DNA from: the human T2T-CHM13v2.0 reference genome, Homo sapiens | Direction: 5' to 3' (one strand) | Assembly: GCF_009914755.1 (NCBI RefSeq) | Contig: NC_060930.1 | Length of the DNA stretch: 64,000 bases | Part shown: positions 25,009 through 38,983 of the stretch, piece after piece | Position numbering within the stretch: position 1 is the first letter of the stretch | Layout of the letters: the number at the start of each line of letters is the position of its first letter | Made by a program: the position numbers and the translations under genes | Notes under the pieces: model-generated | Told to the model about the DNA's origin: nothing | The model's database searches: none | Seen by the model: only the letters and a program-made list of their open reading frames with translations

Positions 25009-26456
25009 TGTGCACACCTCCTTCTTGGTGACCCCCATACCCACACTGCAAGGATGGCTTGATTGCCCATTTGCCTCTAGCCTGCCAACTCCTGGAGGTG
25101 GGTGCCATGAGTTTTCTGAGTGGCCAATGTAGAGCCTCACTCCACTCCTGGCTCCAAAAAGCCTAGTGAGTGCTTAGTGAGCAAACCTAATCAATAAAAA
25201 ATGATGCTTCAGGTCCACTTGTTAACATTTGTAGGAAAAGAAAGTCACACTGCATGGTCCCTTCCCAGCCCTCCTAGTGGGTGAAAGGCACATGGAAGGC
25301 ATATTAGCATCAGCCCTGGAACGGGCGGCATCAGGGATCGCAACACAGTGCACAGCCTATGCAGTGAATTTCCCATGTTAGCTGAAAGCCCACAAACACT
25401 TCCAAAACCCAGAAAACCCCAAAGCCCAGACCTGACTATCTTTCCTTGTATGATAAATTCGCTCTGTGCAATGTGATGGAATATGCTGGCGGAATATGCA
25501 GAGCGCTTGGCAGGCAGGCCTTCCTCCCGGCTCTCAGGAGGATCCTCTCTCTGGGACCCAGGGGTATCCATCACCACCACCGCCCCAAAGATGAGGATTT
25601 CCACATCAACATTTCTGAAACTAAGACTTGGCAAGCCAGGTGGTTCAGGAGAGGTGAACTGGTGTTGATCCCCCGTGAGCTGTGTGTTTCAAGAACACTG
25701 CATTCTGGCCGGGGAGGAGAGAGCACCACCCTTGGTCTGCCCTTGCTGTCTGGAGTCATCATCCTGACTGGGCTGCTTTCATCTTTGAAGAAAATGTCCA
25801 AAGTAGAATCCGATCTGTTGAATGGTGGGGTGTGGTAACTTTCTGAGTATTCCGCAAATGTGGCCTCTCTTCTGCAGGAGAAAAACAGAACTAGGCTCCC
25901 CTCCTCACTGGTTCTTCCTCCTCCTGGGTTACCCATGCTCTGGAAGCCTGGCATTCACCCTGCTTAATTCACTTCACCATCACATCTTCAGAGCACTCAG
26001 CTTCATGGGCCAACTGTAACACCCCTGTCCATAATTCCTAACATAGACCTACGCCATGTGCCATGTCCCCAGCCACTTATGCTCTCTGCAGGATTCTGCT
26101 GGACGGTTGAACATCTCTGGCACCAAACTCCCTTCTTCTCTTTCAGTCACTTGGCAGAGGTTCAGCCTACCCTACAAGCCTCCTCTTCCCCTACCTTCCT
26201 CTCCCCAGGATGATGTCCTGGTGTTCTGCTCGCTCAGTCTCTTCCCTCTGGAAGTTCTCTTACCGTAAACCCCCACCCCTTCCCTGTTTTTGTTGGGCTT
26301 TACCTTGTGGACTCTAATTACTGTGGAATGGCTGTTGGTCTTTCTGCTCAAGTCTGTCTTTCCTAACACCACTTTGGGAACTGCTACTAGATTAATCTTT
26401 CTAAGGTGTTTTCTTAATTTAGTATTTTCCATTTTTCTAGTTAAAAAAAGAAAACA

Positions 26457-26785
<329 letters not shown>

Positions 26786-27360
26786 CTAGCATCTGAACAG
26801 CTTAGACTGGAATTGAAGATACTGATAGTTACATCATCTCTGCAGCTCTCCCTTCCACCTTTCTTCATCAGTCCTCATGCAGGCCACGCTAGCCTCTGCA
26901 GAGTCTCAGGAAATATGGGTTCTGTCCCTAGGCCCTCGCCTGAGCTATGCTCCCCACCCTTCTCCCTTTCCCCTGAATAAACAGCATTATTCTAGAAGGC
27001 CCATTCTGCTTCTTATGTCCTTTCTGTCCCTTCCCTGGTCCACTCATTTCTGCTGCTCTCCTGCTCCCTGGCCATTTCTATTTCCCGTCTGGGTCCTGTT
27101 GGACTCCAGGAGGATAAGACAGACTCCGGCCTCCCTGTGAGAGAGTGTGCAGCTGAGCAGTGAGGTAGTGGCTCACCAACCGGCTCTGCTTAGCTCCTGC
27201 TCCTGAGGCCGGGAGGGGGGCTCTGTCCTGTCTTAGCTGCTAAGTTTGTTCTGAGTTGAAATGATCTGGTGTATCACTCCCTCACCACTTCCGTTGACTC
27301 ATTTATTTTAATTTTGTCTTATGCTGACGGTGTGTTTGGTCTCCACAAGCCAGTGTCTTT

Positions 27361-27663
27361 TATTTTTTATTTTTTTATTTTTTTGAGACGGAGTCTTGCC
27401 CTGTCCCCCAGGCTGGAGTGCAGTGGTGCGATCTCAGCTCACTGCAACCTCTGCTTCCCGGATTCAAGCAGTTCTCCCACCTAGCCTCCCGAGTAGCTGG
27501 GATTACAGGCACACGCCACCATGCCCGGTTAATTATTTGTATTTTTAATAGAGACGGGGTTTCACCATATTGGCCAGGATGGTCTTGATCTCCTGACCTC
27601 ATGATCTGCCCACCTCGGCCTCCCAAAATGTTGGGACTACAGGCGTGAGCCACCCACCTAGCC
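27361..27663 (-). mobile_element. AluSc-like
   Basis: 'ttggccaggatggtcttgatctcctgacctcatgatc'; 14-bp TSD aagccagtgtcttt. Confidence 0.92.
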
Positions 27664-28239
27664 AAGCCAGTGTCTTTATAATAAACCACCTCATGTTCTT
27701 TCAGAAAGTAGGAAGGTAGATGTATGTCACACTCCTGCCATCTTCTTACTGTCTATCCACTCAGATATTGTATTACATCTGCAGTAGGCACCAAATGAGT
27801 ATTTTTAAAAGGATAATATTATATTGTCCAGACAAGAATGTTATTTCTAATCTCCAGTTTCAGTGTTTAAACAAAAAATAACTTTTAATAACTTCAGCAA
27901 AATTTATCAGTGGTTAAGCAATGAATATCAAAGAACTTGGAGGCAGAAAAAAAAAAGTGTCCTCTCATTAAGTATCTTAAAAGTCTAGGTGAAGAGGAAA
28001 ACTGACTTTTTCACACTGACTGCATAGTCACGGACTACAAGCTTGAAGCCAATCAATCAATGGAGCTATTTTAAGAATAGGTAGTGACTTTCTCAAAAGT
28101 TTGGAGTTGCTTTGGTAAAGCTTAAGGTAACAGCACCATCATTAATTATGGTGTGGTGAAATATAAGTTAGACATCTAAAATTTTAAAAAGAGAAATGTT
28201 TGATTTTATATGTTCTCCAGATATTACCACTTGTTAAGG

Positions 28240-28460
28240 TACAATTTATTGATCACCTAGAGATTCTTTATTTGCATGTCTACTCTCTAACAACCTACAA
28301 AAACGGTAGGTACAATTATCTTCATCATACAAAAAGGAAATTGACCCCGAGAGAGCTTAAGTAACTTCTCTCCTGTAAATTGCGAGTCTGTGGTGTGGGA
28401 GGGGGAATTAGATCAGGTTTCATGGACTAGAAATCCTGGGCTTATTCCAGTACTCTGCAA
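28240..28460 (-). mobile_element. MIR fragment
   Basis: 'aacaacctac...ggtaggtacaattatcttcatcatacaaaaaggaaattgac...gcttaagtaactt'. Confidence 0.6.
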
Positions 28461-31414
28461 AGTATCCACCCCTAATTTCTAAACCCAGTGGTTTCTGTGT
28501 CTGCTTAGAATTTGGAGGAATGCCTTGATGATCAAGTTAATAAAACCATTATTTCACTTAGTGCAAAGTAGCGGTAGGCAGTGCACTTGAGCGTTCTATA
28601 CACGCTTGTCCTTTGCTATTCTCATGTCTGAAGGGAGAAGCTGGGGCTCAGGGAGGTTAAGGAAATGGCTAGCTTAGAGTCATGCTAGACCTTGGTCTAG
28701 ATGAGCCTTTAAACTAGATGTCCTTGCTCTCTAGAGTATGGTTTGAAAATTTTAAACAGGTTGTGTTTAAAAATAATCTCATGATAGCCTGCTAACCTTA
28801 TATTTTTGAGGAAGTTTGAATCAGTTCTGTAGACTGGCAGAGGGGAAAGACACATGAAACCCGGAAGGAGCATTTACTGAGAACCTCATGGGAACCGCAT
28901 ATGTTATGGAGACATGGAGACGTGACCGTCTGCTACTGTCGTCTGGAGGTGACCTAGTGAGTTTTCCAAATCAGGTCATAAAGAGGAAAGAAAAACATTG
29001 ACGATCCTACATCCTAGGCTCCTTCCTGACTTCTGACATCGCTGTTCAGCCCACACTCACAGTAGTTTTGTTTTCCTTGAGTATTTAAAGATGACAATGC
29101 ATCCGAAGACAATCTGTAAACAGTAAGGTAATATATAAATCTGACCTGTTCATAGCACAATAAACACAGCAAGCAAATAAACTCCATTAAATGTAATTTT
29201 AATTTATTCAGTGGAAAACAACAAAGTTGATTCAAAAGTCAAAGACCTAAGAGAAGATAAATCCAAACTCTATAAAACCTTGATTGATGCTAATCGCAGA
29301 CAAAAAAAAAAAATAGTCTGACCGTCATAGACACTCATTGAGATGGGTCACCTACAAGTACTAGGGCCACAATGTTGTGCAAACCTGCACTTCCCAGAGT
29401 GTATTTCTTAGGCTATTAATAGGCATTAGATGAAAAAAGGATTCTTTGGGCAAATGCAGTTTGGAAACAAGGAGTTAACCAAACTGATAGGTTTTGCTAT
29501 TGCTGGGATTCTCTGCATTGGTGATCTCAACATCAACTGTCATTTCTAGAGTAGGGTGGATGAAGCAAACAGATTTGAGTTGATACAAAGGTGTCAAGGA
29601 TGTTATGAAATACACGGTATATTAATTACCATTTCAAAATGCAACACATTCTGAATTTGGAAACACATGGGGCCAGGAGGGTTCTGGATATGGGACTGTG
29701 GACCTGCAGGTGTGGGAATGTGTGATCCAGTGCTGGAAGGAGCCGTGCAGCAAGGCTTCCTAGGTTCTCAGCACTGTGCTCCTTCCTTAGCACCCGGCTG
29801 CTCATATTACTCCACGACTCCACACCCTCCACCGCCCGTAACATGGGGCAAAACGATCCCAGCCCCTTGCTCCACACAGGGCCATTATGAACATCACGTG
29901 AAATAAGAGATAAGCAAACCTCCAAAACGATTCATACATTTTTGGAAATTTTTTATCCTAAAGGTATTTTTTTTTCTTTCTTTCTCCACTCAGAGAAAGA
30001 CAAGAAATCATTTACTTTTGATAAATTATTTCACGGCCATTTCCCCCATGACTTCATATTCTTAAAATTCTGATTCACTAAATATCAATTTAAAAATTCC
30101 TAATTCCTTGACATACAAGTAAAGTAAAGTAGAAATCAAAATGTAAAATTTGTAAGAAACCTCTTCATATAGTCACATTCCTCAATTTGGTGTTCCTATT
30201 TTCTATAATCAAAGGAAGAAACAGAGAAGAGCCAACCCTATCTGGAAAATTATTATAGTCAAATGAACAACAGCCCAGCCTACCACAAAGAGAAAGCTAA
30301 GGCCTTTAATTCCCTGGGTTCTCGAGACGTCACTCTGCGGCGTATGTCCAGGCGAGCTGTGCGTCAGTTCCGTTCCTCTGCTTGTGCCTCAAGAGTCTGG
30401 CATCAGATGGGAATTGACAAACCAAATACTGATTTATCCCCAGATGATCCCTGGCCCCAGAGAGATGAATGAGTCACACAATGAAAGTGGACTCTCTACG
30501 TGCATTTATGATTGAAAAGGGAGACGGGGAGTTTAAAAAATGTCTATGATTTTAATTCCGGTTGCCTTTTCAAACAAAGCAATAAACACTGTCAGGATCA
30601 ACGTTACTTGCAGAAATAGATGAGCAGGAGAGGCTCTCTTTCGTCATCATGCACGCCAGTGCCCTGGACCCAGCTCCTTAAACACTGAATGTGCTCAATT
30701 TATATCTATTGGCCAAATGAATCGATCAGTTGACAATAGCCAAAAAATCCCACAACTCTTCCCTACTGTCCCACTACAATGTGCAGAGTTCACTGTGTTT
30801 TTCTTCTTGAGGGGCAGGCATTTTAACTGGGTTTTGAAATATTGTCATGGAAATCCAGGTTTCAGGTTGGGAGAGGTCAAGCACGAACAGTTTAGTTCCT
30901 GATTAACCCATCATTTGACACCGTGGTGTAGAAAAAGAGGTCCCAGAGAGAAGAGACAACAAAGTCAACCGTGTTGATGGGGTAACGAAGGGTGGAAGGA
31001 GAGACATTATGAGTCCTGAGTTACCTGAATACCACCCAAGGCCTCAGATGTTGTGAAAGGATTCAGCTTGGATGAAGGGGCAGAACTGCATGGGGTCGGC
31101 GAAGGTGGACGGCCAATGAAGAAGAGAAAACCTGAAAGACGGTGCTGAGGTCCTAGCAGTGCGATCTCATCTCTTTTTTTCTGGTTTTTCCCCCCATGGC
31201 TTCATAGAGGGAAGTCCTATGAAGGCTCTCCAACGTAAAGTTCCATTGCACTTGGTCATGGACTATTGGAAGTACTTTCACTCTTTTTTAAATAGTTGCT
31301 TCCACTAGCCCATTCTGGTCCCTTTTGTGCTGTATTTGGGAGACAGCTGTGGTCCAGGGTGTGGAAGGGATGGTTCAGGAAAACCTGAGTCCCTGCAACT
31401 GAGTTGCCTCGTGA

Positions 31415-31758
<344 letters not shown>

Positions 31759-31954
31759 CAGGCTCATATTTTCTAAAGCTGCCCATTCCCAGATAATAAC
31801 CAACTCCTGATAAAGAAACTTGAATAACCATTCAGTTAATATTTATTGATTGATCATTCACTACATCCTCACTCTGCTAGTTCCCGTAAGGGATTCTATT
31901 TAAAGGGACTGATGCAGTCTCTGGGCTTATGAAGCCTGATGTCTGTTGAGAGAA

Positions 31955-32175
31955 AGGCCACGGAGCAGTAGTTAGGAGCACGTGCTCTGGAGCAGGGTCT
32001 GGGTTTGCTTGGGTTTGAAAGCCATCACCTCCCCTTACAGCCAATAAGAACGGGGGCCTTGCTTCAGTTTTCTTAGTAATGTTATGAGGGTTAAATGATT
32101 GAATACCTGGAAAGTTCTTAGAACACTGCCTGGCAAATATTAAGCACTGCATTAAGTGTTTGCTAAATAAATACA
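31955..32175 (+). mobile_element. MIR
   Basis: 'gtagttaggagcacgtgctctggagc...gttatgaggg ttaaatga...cttagaacactgcctggca'. Confidence 0.75.
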
Positions 32176-34574
32176 CATAATGCAGTCAAATAACAATGAA
32201 AGCAATAGAATCTAGTGATAAAGCTGAGACTACAGGCCAACACCACCAGAGTGCCCTGGGGGCTCAGACGGTGGAAAGAGGGAGGAAGATGCATCTCTTG
32301 GCCCTGGGAAATGGGTTCCGGAGGGGGGAAGGGGCCGTAGAGCTTTTTCTGTTGGGGAAGTGCTGGGCACAAGGGGGACAGTGGAAGAGTGCAGGCAGGA
32401 AGGAAGCCTCTAAGGGGATGATGGGTGCGGCACACTTAAGAGCAGGAGTGGCTGGGAGAAGCAATGGGGCCATAGTTAGAATCCTTCCGGGTGCAAAGAG
32501 TTGGAACCTAACATCACCCAGTGTTAGGGGGAAGAAAAGGATGTCCAAAAACCTAGAGGAAAAAGCCAACAACCATGCTCAGGAAGGTTAGAATCATTGG
32601 TAACTGGAATGAGGAACTCAGAGCCTCCCACGGTGCCTCTCCATCTCCTGCTCCTGCTGCTCTCTGCTTGCCTGTCACATCTTTCTTCTCCCAGCAGGCC
32701 AGAGCCCTTTATGTAGAGGGATCAGGATTACTAGTAGCTCTGCATCTCAGTCTGACAGCTTCTGCTACAAAAGAGGGCTATCCTGGGAATAAACATCCTG
32801 GGAAAGACATTCACTGGCCCCATAGGGTCAAGTGTCCATCCCTAGCTTCTACAGCAGCCCTGGCTTGCAGCAAGGGGAGGGCCGCAGGGTCGGGGAGGAC
32901 AGCTCCCAGAAGAGTTGGTTCAGGGCATCCAATTCAGAGACCCCCACTCCCTACCACATACACACGCCTCCCATGTGATAAGCTGAGAGAATGCTGAGTA
33001 CAAGGTTGGGTTGGGTGGTTAAGCATCAGACAGGCAATGTGGTGTACCCCTGACCCTAGGTGTCTTGACATGTTTCTACACCCTAGATGTAGTTAAACTG
33101 TAGAATGAGTCAACGCATACATGGATGGCTGGTCCCTGCAACAGAGCCCGGCTCAGTCCCTGCCATGTCATGTGAGCCGAGCAGGGTGTCAGGGGGAGCA
33201 GACTTGGGAAACCCTGCCTTTGGAAATAGGACAACTGGGTTGTAGCGTTGACTGTCAATGAGTTTAGAAAAATAACAAACTCTGAACTCCAGTTTCCTGA
33301 CCTGTAAAACAACATAAGCACTGCTGTTTATCTCACAGGGATTTGGTGGCAAACAAGGTCCTACGCATCCAATTCTTAAGTGCGGTAGAATGTTAATATT
33401 TGCAAGATGAAGGGCAGAGCAAGCCTATCTGACCCTACCTGCCTCACATCCTAGAAGTAACATGTCCCACCTGTTGATCCGTTGCAAGGCACTGACATTG
33501 CACATCGTACTTCACACGGTGGCATGTAGCTCTCATACCTGCTCTCTGAGCGAAGCAAGCTGAGCTGAGTCCCACTGTGTAGACAGAACGCTCAGTTGTG
33601 ATGAGGCTGCCCCAGATGTTGAAAGGACACAGATCCTGCTCTCACTGTCCCTCTTGTTGATTGCAAGCTTTCATCTGCTCGCTCACTGTCACACGCACCC
33701 ATCTTCATCCCATTCCATCTCCTCCTCCTTATTCACCCGCCTTTCCCCACTGACTCCCTTCCCAATAAGAAGTAAAAGGAGAAACTGATGAAGGAGGCTG
33801 AGAAATAGAAGAACAGTGACACTAAACTTAAAACCATGTTAAGTGTCTGCAAACCTGGCTACCGAGGTTGGTTTCCTCTGTGCTAGTGGGTTGGTAACAA
33901 TGGTGAAATGAAATGCGACTCTGCGGGGAGTTGTAAAGAAAGTCAAAGAATTTAAATTCAAGCATGCTGCAATCCAGGGGAAGGCTGAGCACACACAAAT
34001 ACTAAAAGCAAAATGCAAGCTGGTTTATGTAGAAAAAAATTCACAAATCCACTAGCTGTGGTTTGCCCTTAGATCAGAGATGTGAAGAGAGTCCTATCTA
34101 ATCAGTTTGCCTGTGGGAAATGGGAGAATGAACTTCAAATACTTAAAATACAAGCAAGAACATTATTTTATGAATGGTTATCACAGACTCCCAAATGGAG
34201 GCAATTTTTGATGAATGCTTCATATGGGTGCCAAAATCTAAAGGGCTTCCGAAGGTGATTGATAAATGTTCTCACGAATTTATTTGCAGCAAATCCATAG
34301 CAAATGATGAAAACTTCCTTCAAAGTGGTAGATAGAAGAGTATTAAACCCTGCTTACTTCAGCTGTGTTAGACAGTACACAGCTGTAGTATGTTTAGCAG
34401 GTGTTGGGTTTCAAATTAATCTTAACTCTTTAGAAATGATCAATTTCCTAATTTGTTTATTTATAGGTCTAAAATGTCAATTCAATGTATATAAAATGTA
34501 AGGGGTTGAACACGAAGCTTGAAGTGTGGCTAAAAATATGTACCTTTCATTCTGTACGTTTATGAAGCCTCCGT

Positions 34575-35350
34575 CTAAGCTTGAGTCCTGTGTGCCCACT
34601 GGCTGCTGGATCCTGCAGGCATCTCAAACTCAGTATTTCCAAAACCAGTTTTCAAAACCGAGTTCATCTCTGCACCTGCTCCCTCATCTGCTCCCTCACC
34701 TACTCCCTCACCTGCACTTCCAGCATCCTGAGCCCAGTCAGCACACGTTGGGATAATTTTTGACTCCTGCCCTCTCCGTCCACACGTCAGCAGTTGCCCA
34801 GCCTCATGACTTCTACCTCTTAAGTATTTCTCCTTTCTTTAAAATCCCCACTTCCCCTGAGAGATTCAGATGCTCATCCTCAGCTCCTGTTGCCTGATGC
34901 AGTTGCCGACCCCACCTCCTGCACTGTTCCATTTCATGCAATCCGTCCTCCAGACGGCCGCTGGCACCACTCTCCGAGACACGCTTGCACCCTGCACGTG
35001 CTGCCCTCTGACTGCAGGGTGCCGGCAGCCTCCTCCGACCTCCGAAGAGTGGTCATTGATTTGTCCTTCAGGCCTCATCCACTGCCGCGACCCCCACCCC
35101 GAGTTGCCGGACACAGTCAGGCAGAGCCGGTTGCTCCTCCCCTGGTTTCCGTGGTGTTTGACCGAAACCTTTGCCAAGGCTGTCAGTGTGCTGGATTTCA
35201 CTGACTGTGCACCACGTACTCCTCACCCGCCCTCCCGCTGTGAGCACATTCCGGCCAGGATCTGAAACCTACTGCAGTGCCTACAACAGTGCCTGCCACA
35301 CAGTGGGTCTCAAGAAAGCTTTCCTTAAATGAATACATGAATGAATGATG
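34575..35350 (+). mobile_element. L2 3' region
   Basis: 'ggcatctcaaactcag' and terminal 'aacagtgcctgccacacagtgggtctcaa...aatgaatacatgaatgaatg'. Confidence 0.65.
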
Positions 35351-37025
35351 GACTGAAATCATCATATTACTACATTGTTGAATGTTATTCAGCTCTGTTT
35401 GTATGTAATAATCAGTGGTTAATATGGAATTCAGTAACACAAGGGCACTATTTTTCAAAATCTGTTGTTAAACTCCTTAAACTCAAGTTAGTAATATAAA
35501 ATTTAGGAGAAAATTTTAAAAATGAAATATATTTGAATGCTACAAATTATATTTGCTAAAATGTAAGTCTGTTACTACAAATGCAACCACTAAAAGTGAC
35601 TTAGAAAAATGTTTCTGATACACTAAAAAATAGGTTATAAGATGCTGTGTGATTTGAATCCATAAATGTTTGAAAAAGATACAAATGAATGAACTGCACA
35701 GATCTACAGCAAAATGTTCTAACGGAATTATTATCACTGATGTAGAACAAAGGGTGGTTTTTATTTTCAGTTTTGCTTATTCATATTTCAAAAATCTCCT
35801 GTAGTGAATATGTATTAATTCCTAAGGAAAAGAAGAATAGGAATCTTTTGTAAGTTTCTCCCCCAGATCAGCAGGATCACTTCAGAAATTCACCTTAAAT
35901 AGTAATTTGTTTCCTCTCCTTTCTCCCTATACTTTCTGAGTCCTATATTTTGATTCCAATAAATGAGTTTTATCATTTAATCTGTAATTAAATGTGAACC
36001 TTGAATCTTCCTGGTTTATCCAAGTTTGGGTTTGAAATCAGGTGAAGACAATTCCTGTGGCTTAGCACATCCTGGAAAGAAGCCTGTACTCAGCATGAGC
36101 CCAGGCCCCCCAGCGTCTGGTCCTCCTGCAGGCAGGCAGGGCTTCCCAAAATGCTTCATATGCACAAGAAACTACCTTACCATGAAGGAAGCTGAAGGAT
36201 ACCCGGAATGAAGACACGCACTTCCCTTTCCATTGCAGAAACCACAGGAGAACAAACGAAAGAAAGCCATAAAAAACTGGGGAAGGCTCTTGCCATGTTT
36301 ATTCACTTGCTTTCAGAAAAATCAAACAGAGCTCAGCTTTACACCTTCTAAGTGAAGTATTTAGCCTGGTACAAATCGTTGGCAGCTCAGTAGGAACACA
36401 TATTTGAAGAGATAGTAAGTGCTCAATAAATACTTGAAGGAGCAAGTGAAGTTGTCAATTTAGACAGCTTAATTTATAACCCATCTTACAAATTCATAAA
36501 ACATCTCCCTATCTTTCTCTCTTCCTCAGAAACATACATTGCACGTTGATAAAGTAATGAAATAGCTCGGGGACCAGGGCTGCGGTGGGGCAGTGGCTGC
36601 CCACAGCTAATACTGTTGAGCAAACAGAAGACAGCGGCTGCCACCTGCTCAATTGGAAGGACATGGAGCAGCAGCCACTGATCAGAGACTAAGAAACTAC
36701 AGCTTTGCACAGTGGATGCCGGCCTGGATTCAGAACTCCGGCTGATAGTGCTGAAAGAGTGTAGAAGTAGCCTCAAAACCCTCACACTCCACTTCACTCA
36801 ATGCCTCTTGACAACCTGACCTTTCCTTCCCTTTCCCCCTTCAGAACAAAAACTGAAAATCATGATCGTGACAACAGAGTGAGACAGTGAAATCACCTCA
36901 GTGATGAAGCATTTGATATTTTAATTACTGATAATTATGAGACTGCAGAAGAATATAAGAGATGTCATTTATTTAAATGCAGGAGACAAGTTTAAATGAT
37001 GCTCCTCTGTTCAACTTGTTTATAA

Positions 37026-37353
37026 TTATTATTATTATTTTTCCGAGACAGAGTCTTGCTGTGTCCTCCAGGCGGGAGTGCAGTGGCGTGCGTGATCTCA
37101 GCTCACTACAACCTCTGCCTCCTGGGTTCAAGCAATTCTCCTGTCTCAGCCTCCCGAGTAGCTGGTATTACAGGCGTGCACCTAGATGCCTGGCTGTGTT
37201 TTGTGGTTTTTGTTTGTTTTGTTTTTGTGTTTTTAGTAGAGACAGGGTTTCACCATGTTGGCCAGGCTCGTCTCAAACTCCTGGGCTCAAGTGATCTGCC
37301 CATCTCGGCCTCCCAAAGTGCTGGGATTACAGGTATGAGCCACCATGCTCGGC
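37026..37353 (-). mobile_element. AluS-like with (ATT)n tail and (TTTTG)n linker
   Basis: Alu dimer; flanks ttgtttataatt / ttgtctataatt. Confidence 0.92.
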
Positions 37354-37710
37354 ATTGTCTATAATTTTTTGATAGACTCATGGTCAGTTAACTGAATTGA
37401 GTGAGGTGCCGGGTTTTTTTTCCCTGCCTTGTAATTAGAAGTGGTTACATTCCTGTTCTGAAGGATGAGAAGGATGAGTCGTGGCATCGTCAGCCCTGAA
37501 ACAAGATGACCTCAGAAAGGGCAACTTGAAGACTGACAGTGCTCTGAGTTTGAAGTTTCTGAACTCGGCAAACACTTTTCCTGTTAATCTCACACCTACA
37601 AACTTAAATACAATCGTCAGTTGCTTAGCAACGGGGACATGTTCTGAGAAATGTGTCCTTTGGCGGTTGTATCCTTGTGCGAACATAACAGAGTGCATTT
37701 ACACACACCT

Positions 37711-37930
37711 GGATGGCACAGTCCACCACACACCTGGGCTGGATGGCACAGCCCACCACACACCTGGATGGCACAGTCCACCACACACCTGGGCTGGATG
37801 GCACAGCCCAACACACACCTGGATGGCACAGTCCACCACACACCTGGGCTGGATGGCACAGCCCAACACACACCTGGATGGCACAGTCCACCACACACCT
37901 GGGCTGGATGGCACAGCCCAACACACACCT
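37711..37930. repeat. Minisatellite, 4 x 55 bp (30 bp + 25 bp subunits)
   Basis: A=ggatggcacagtccaccacacacctgggct and B=ggatggcacagcccaMcacacacct alternate ABABABAB. Confidence 0.97.
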
Positions 37931-38299
37931 AGGCTGGATGGTGTAGCCCATTGCTCCCAGGCTGCAAACCTAGGAGCTAAGTACTGTTCCAAATACTTCA
38001 GGCAGTTGTAACACAATGGTATTTGTGTATCTAAACATAGAAAAGGTATAGTAAAAATAGGGTATAAGCTTAAAAAAAAAAAAAGAGTGCACCGGTACAA
38101 GACACTTATCACGAATGGAGCAAGTTGCTCTGGGTGAGTGATAAGTGAGTGGTGAGTGAGGGTGAAGGCCTCGGACATGGCGTGCACTACTGTGCACTTT
38201 ATCAACACTGTACACTTAGGCTGCAAGAAACTTGAAATATTTCTTTCTTCAATAAGAAAAGCTAAACTTAGCTTACTGTGTAACTTTTTAACTTTATAA

Positions 38300-38587
38300 T
38301 TTTTTTTTTTGAGACGGAGTCTTGCTGTTGCCCAGGCTGGAGGGCAGTGGCGCGATCTCAGCTCACTGCAAGCTCCTCCTCCCAGGTTCACGCCATTTTC
38401 CTCCTCAGCCTCCTGAGTAGCTGAGACAACAGGCACCTGCCACCACGCCCGGCTAATTTTCGTATTTTTAGTAGAGATGGGGTTTCACCGTGTTAGCCAG
38501 GATGGTCTCAATCTCCTGACCTCGTGATCCACCCGCCTCGTCCTCCCAAAGTGCTGGGATTACAGGAGTGAGCCACCGCTCCCGGCC
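38300..38587 (-). mobile_element. AluY nested in Tigger3
   Basis: AluY diagnostics; TSD tataatttttt on both sides. Confidence 0.93.
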
Positions 38588-38933
38588 TATAATTTTTTTT
38601 TTTAACTTTTGGGCCCTTGTCCAAAAGGGTCCAAACACTTAGCTTAAAATACAAACATGCTGTACAAAATATTTTCTTTCTTTGTATTCTTATTCTATAA
38701 GCTTTTTCCTATTTTTAATTTTTTTAAAAAAACTTATTAAGTGTTTTTGTGAAAAACTAAGACACACACACAGCCTAGGCCTACACAGGGTCAGGATGAT
38801 CCATATCACTGTCTCCCACCTCCACCTCTTGTCCCATTGGAAGGTCTTCAGGGACAATGACATGCATGGAGCGGTCATCTCCTGTGACAGCTATGCATTC
38901 TTCTGGATACCGCCTGGGGCTGCTTTATAGTTA

Positions 38934-38937
<4 letters not shown>

Positions 38938-38980
<43 letters not shown>
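38938..38980. repeat. (TA)n microsatellite, about 21 units
   Basis: Pure TA run followed by AT-rich degenerate sequence to about 39060. Confidence 0.95.

Positions 38981-38983
<3 letters not shown>

Noticed and set aside
27151-27195. Hairpin containing let-7-like tgaggtagt
   Set aside because: Only 9 nt match let-7, and the 25 nt above the 10-bp basal stem is too short for a pre-miRNA
37481-38436. 176-245-aa ORFs and a CRISPR-like look of the 55-bp array
   Set aside because: ORFs span Tigger3, the minisatellite and an Alu; the array has no unique spacers and the DNA is primate
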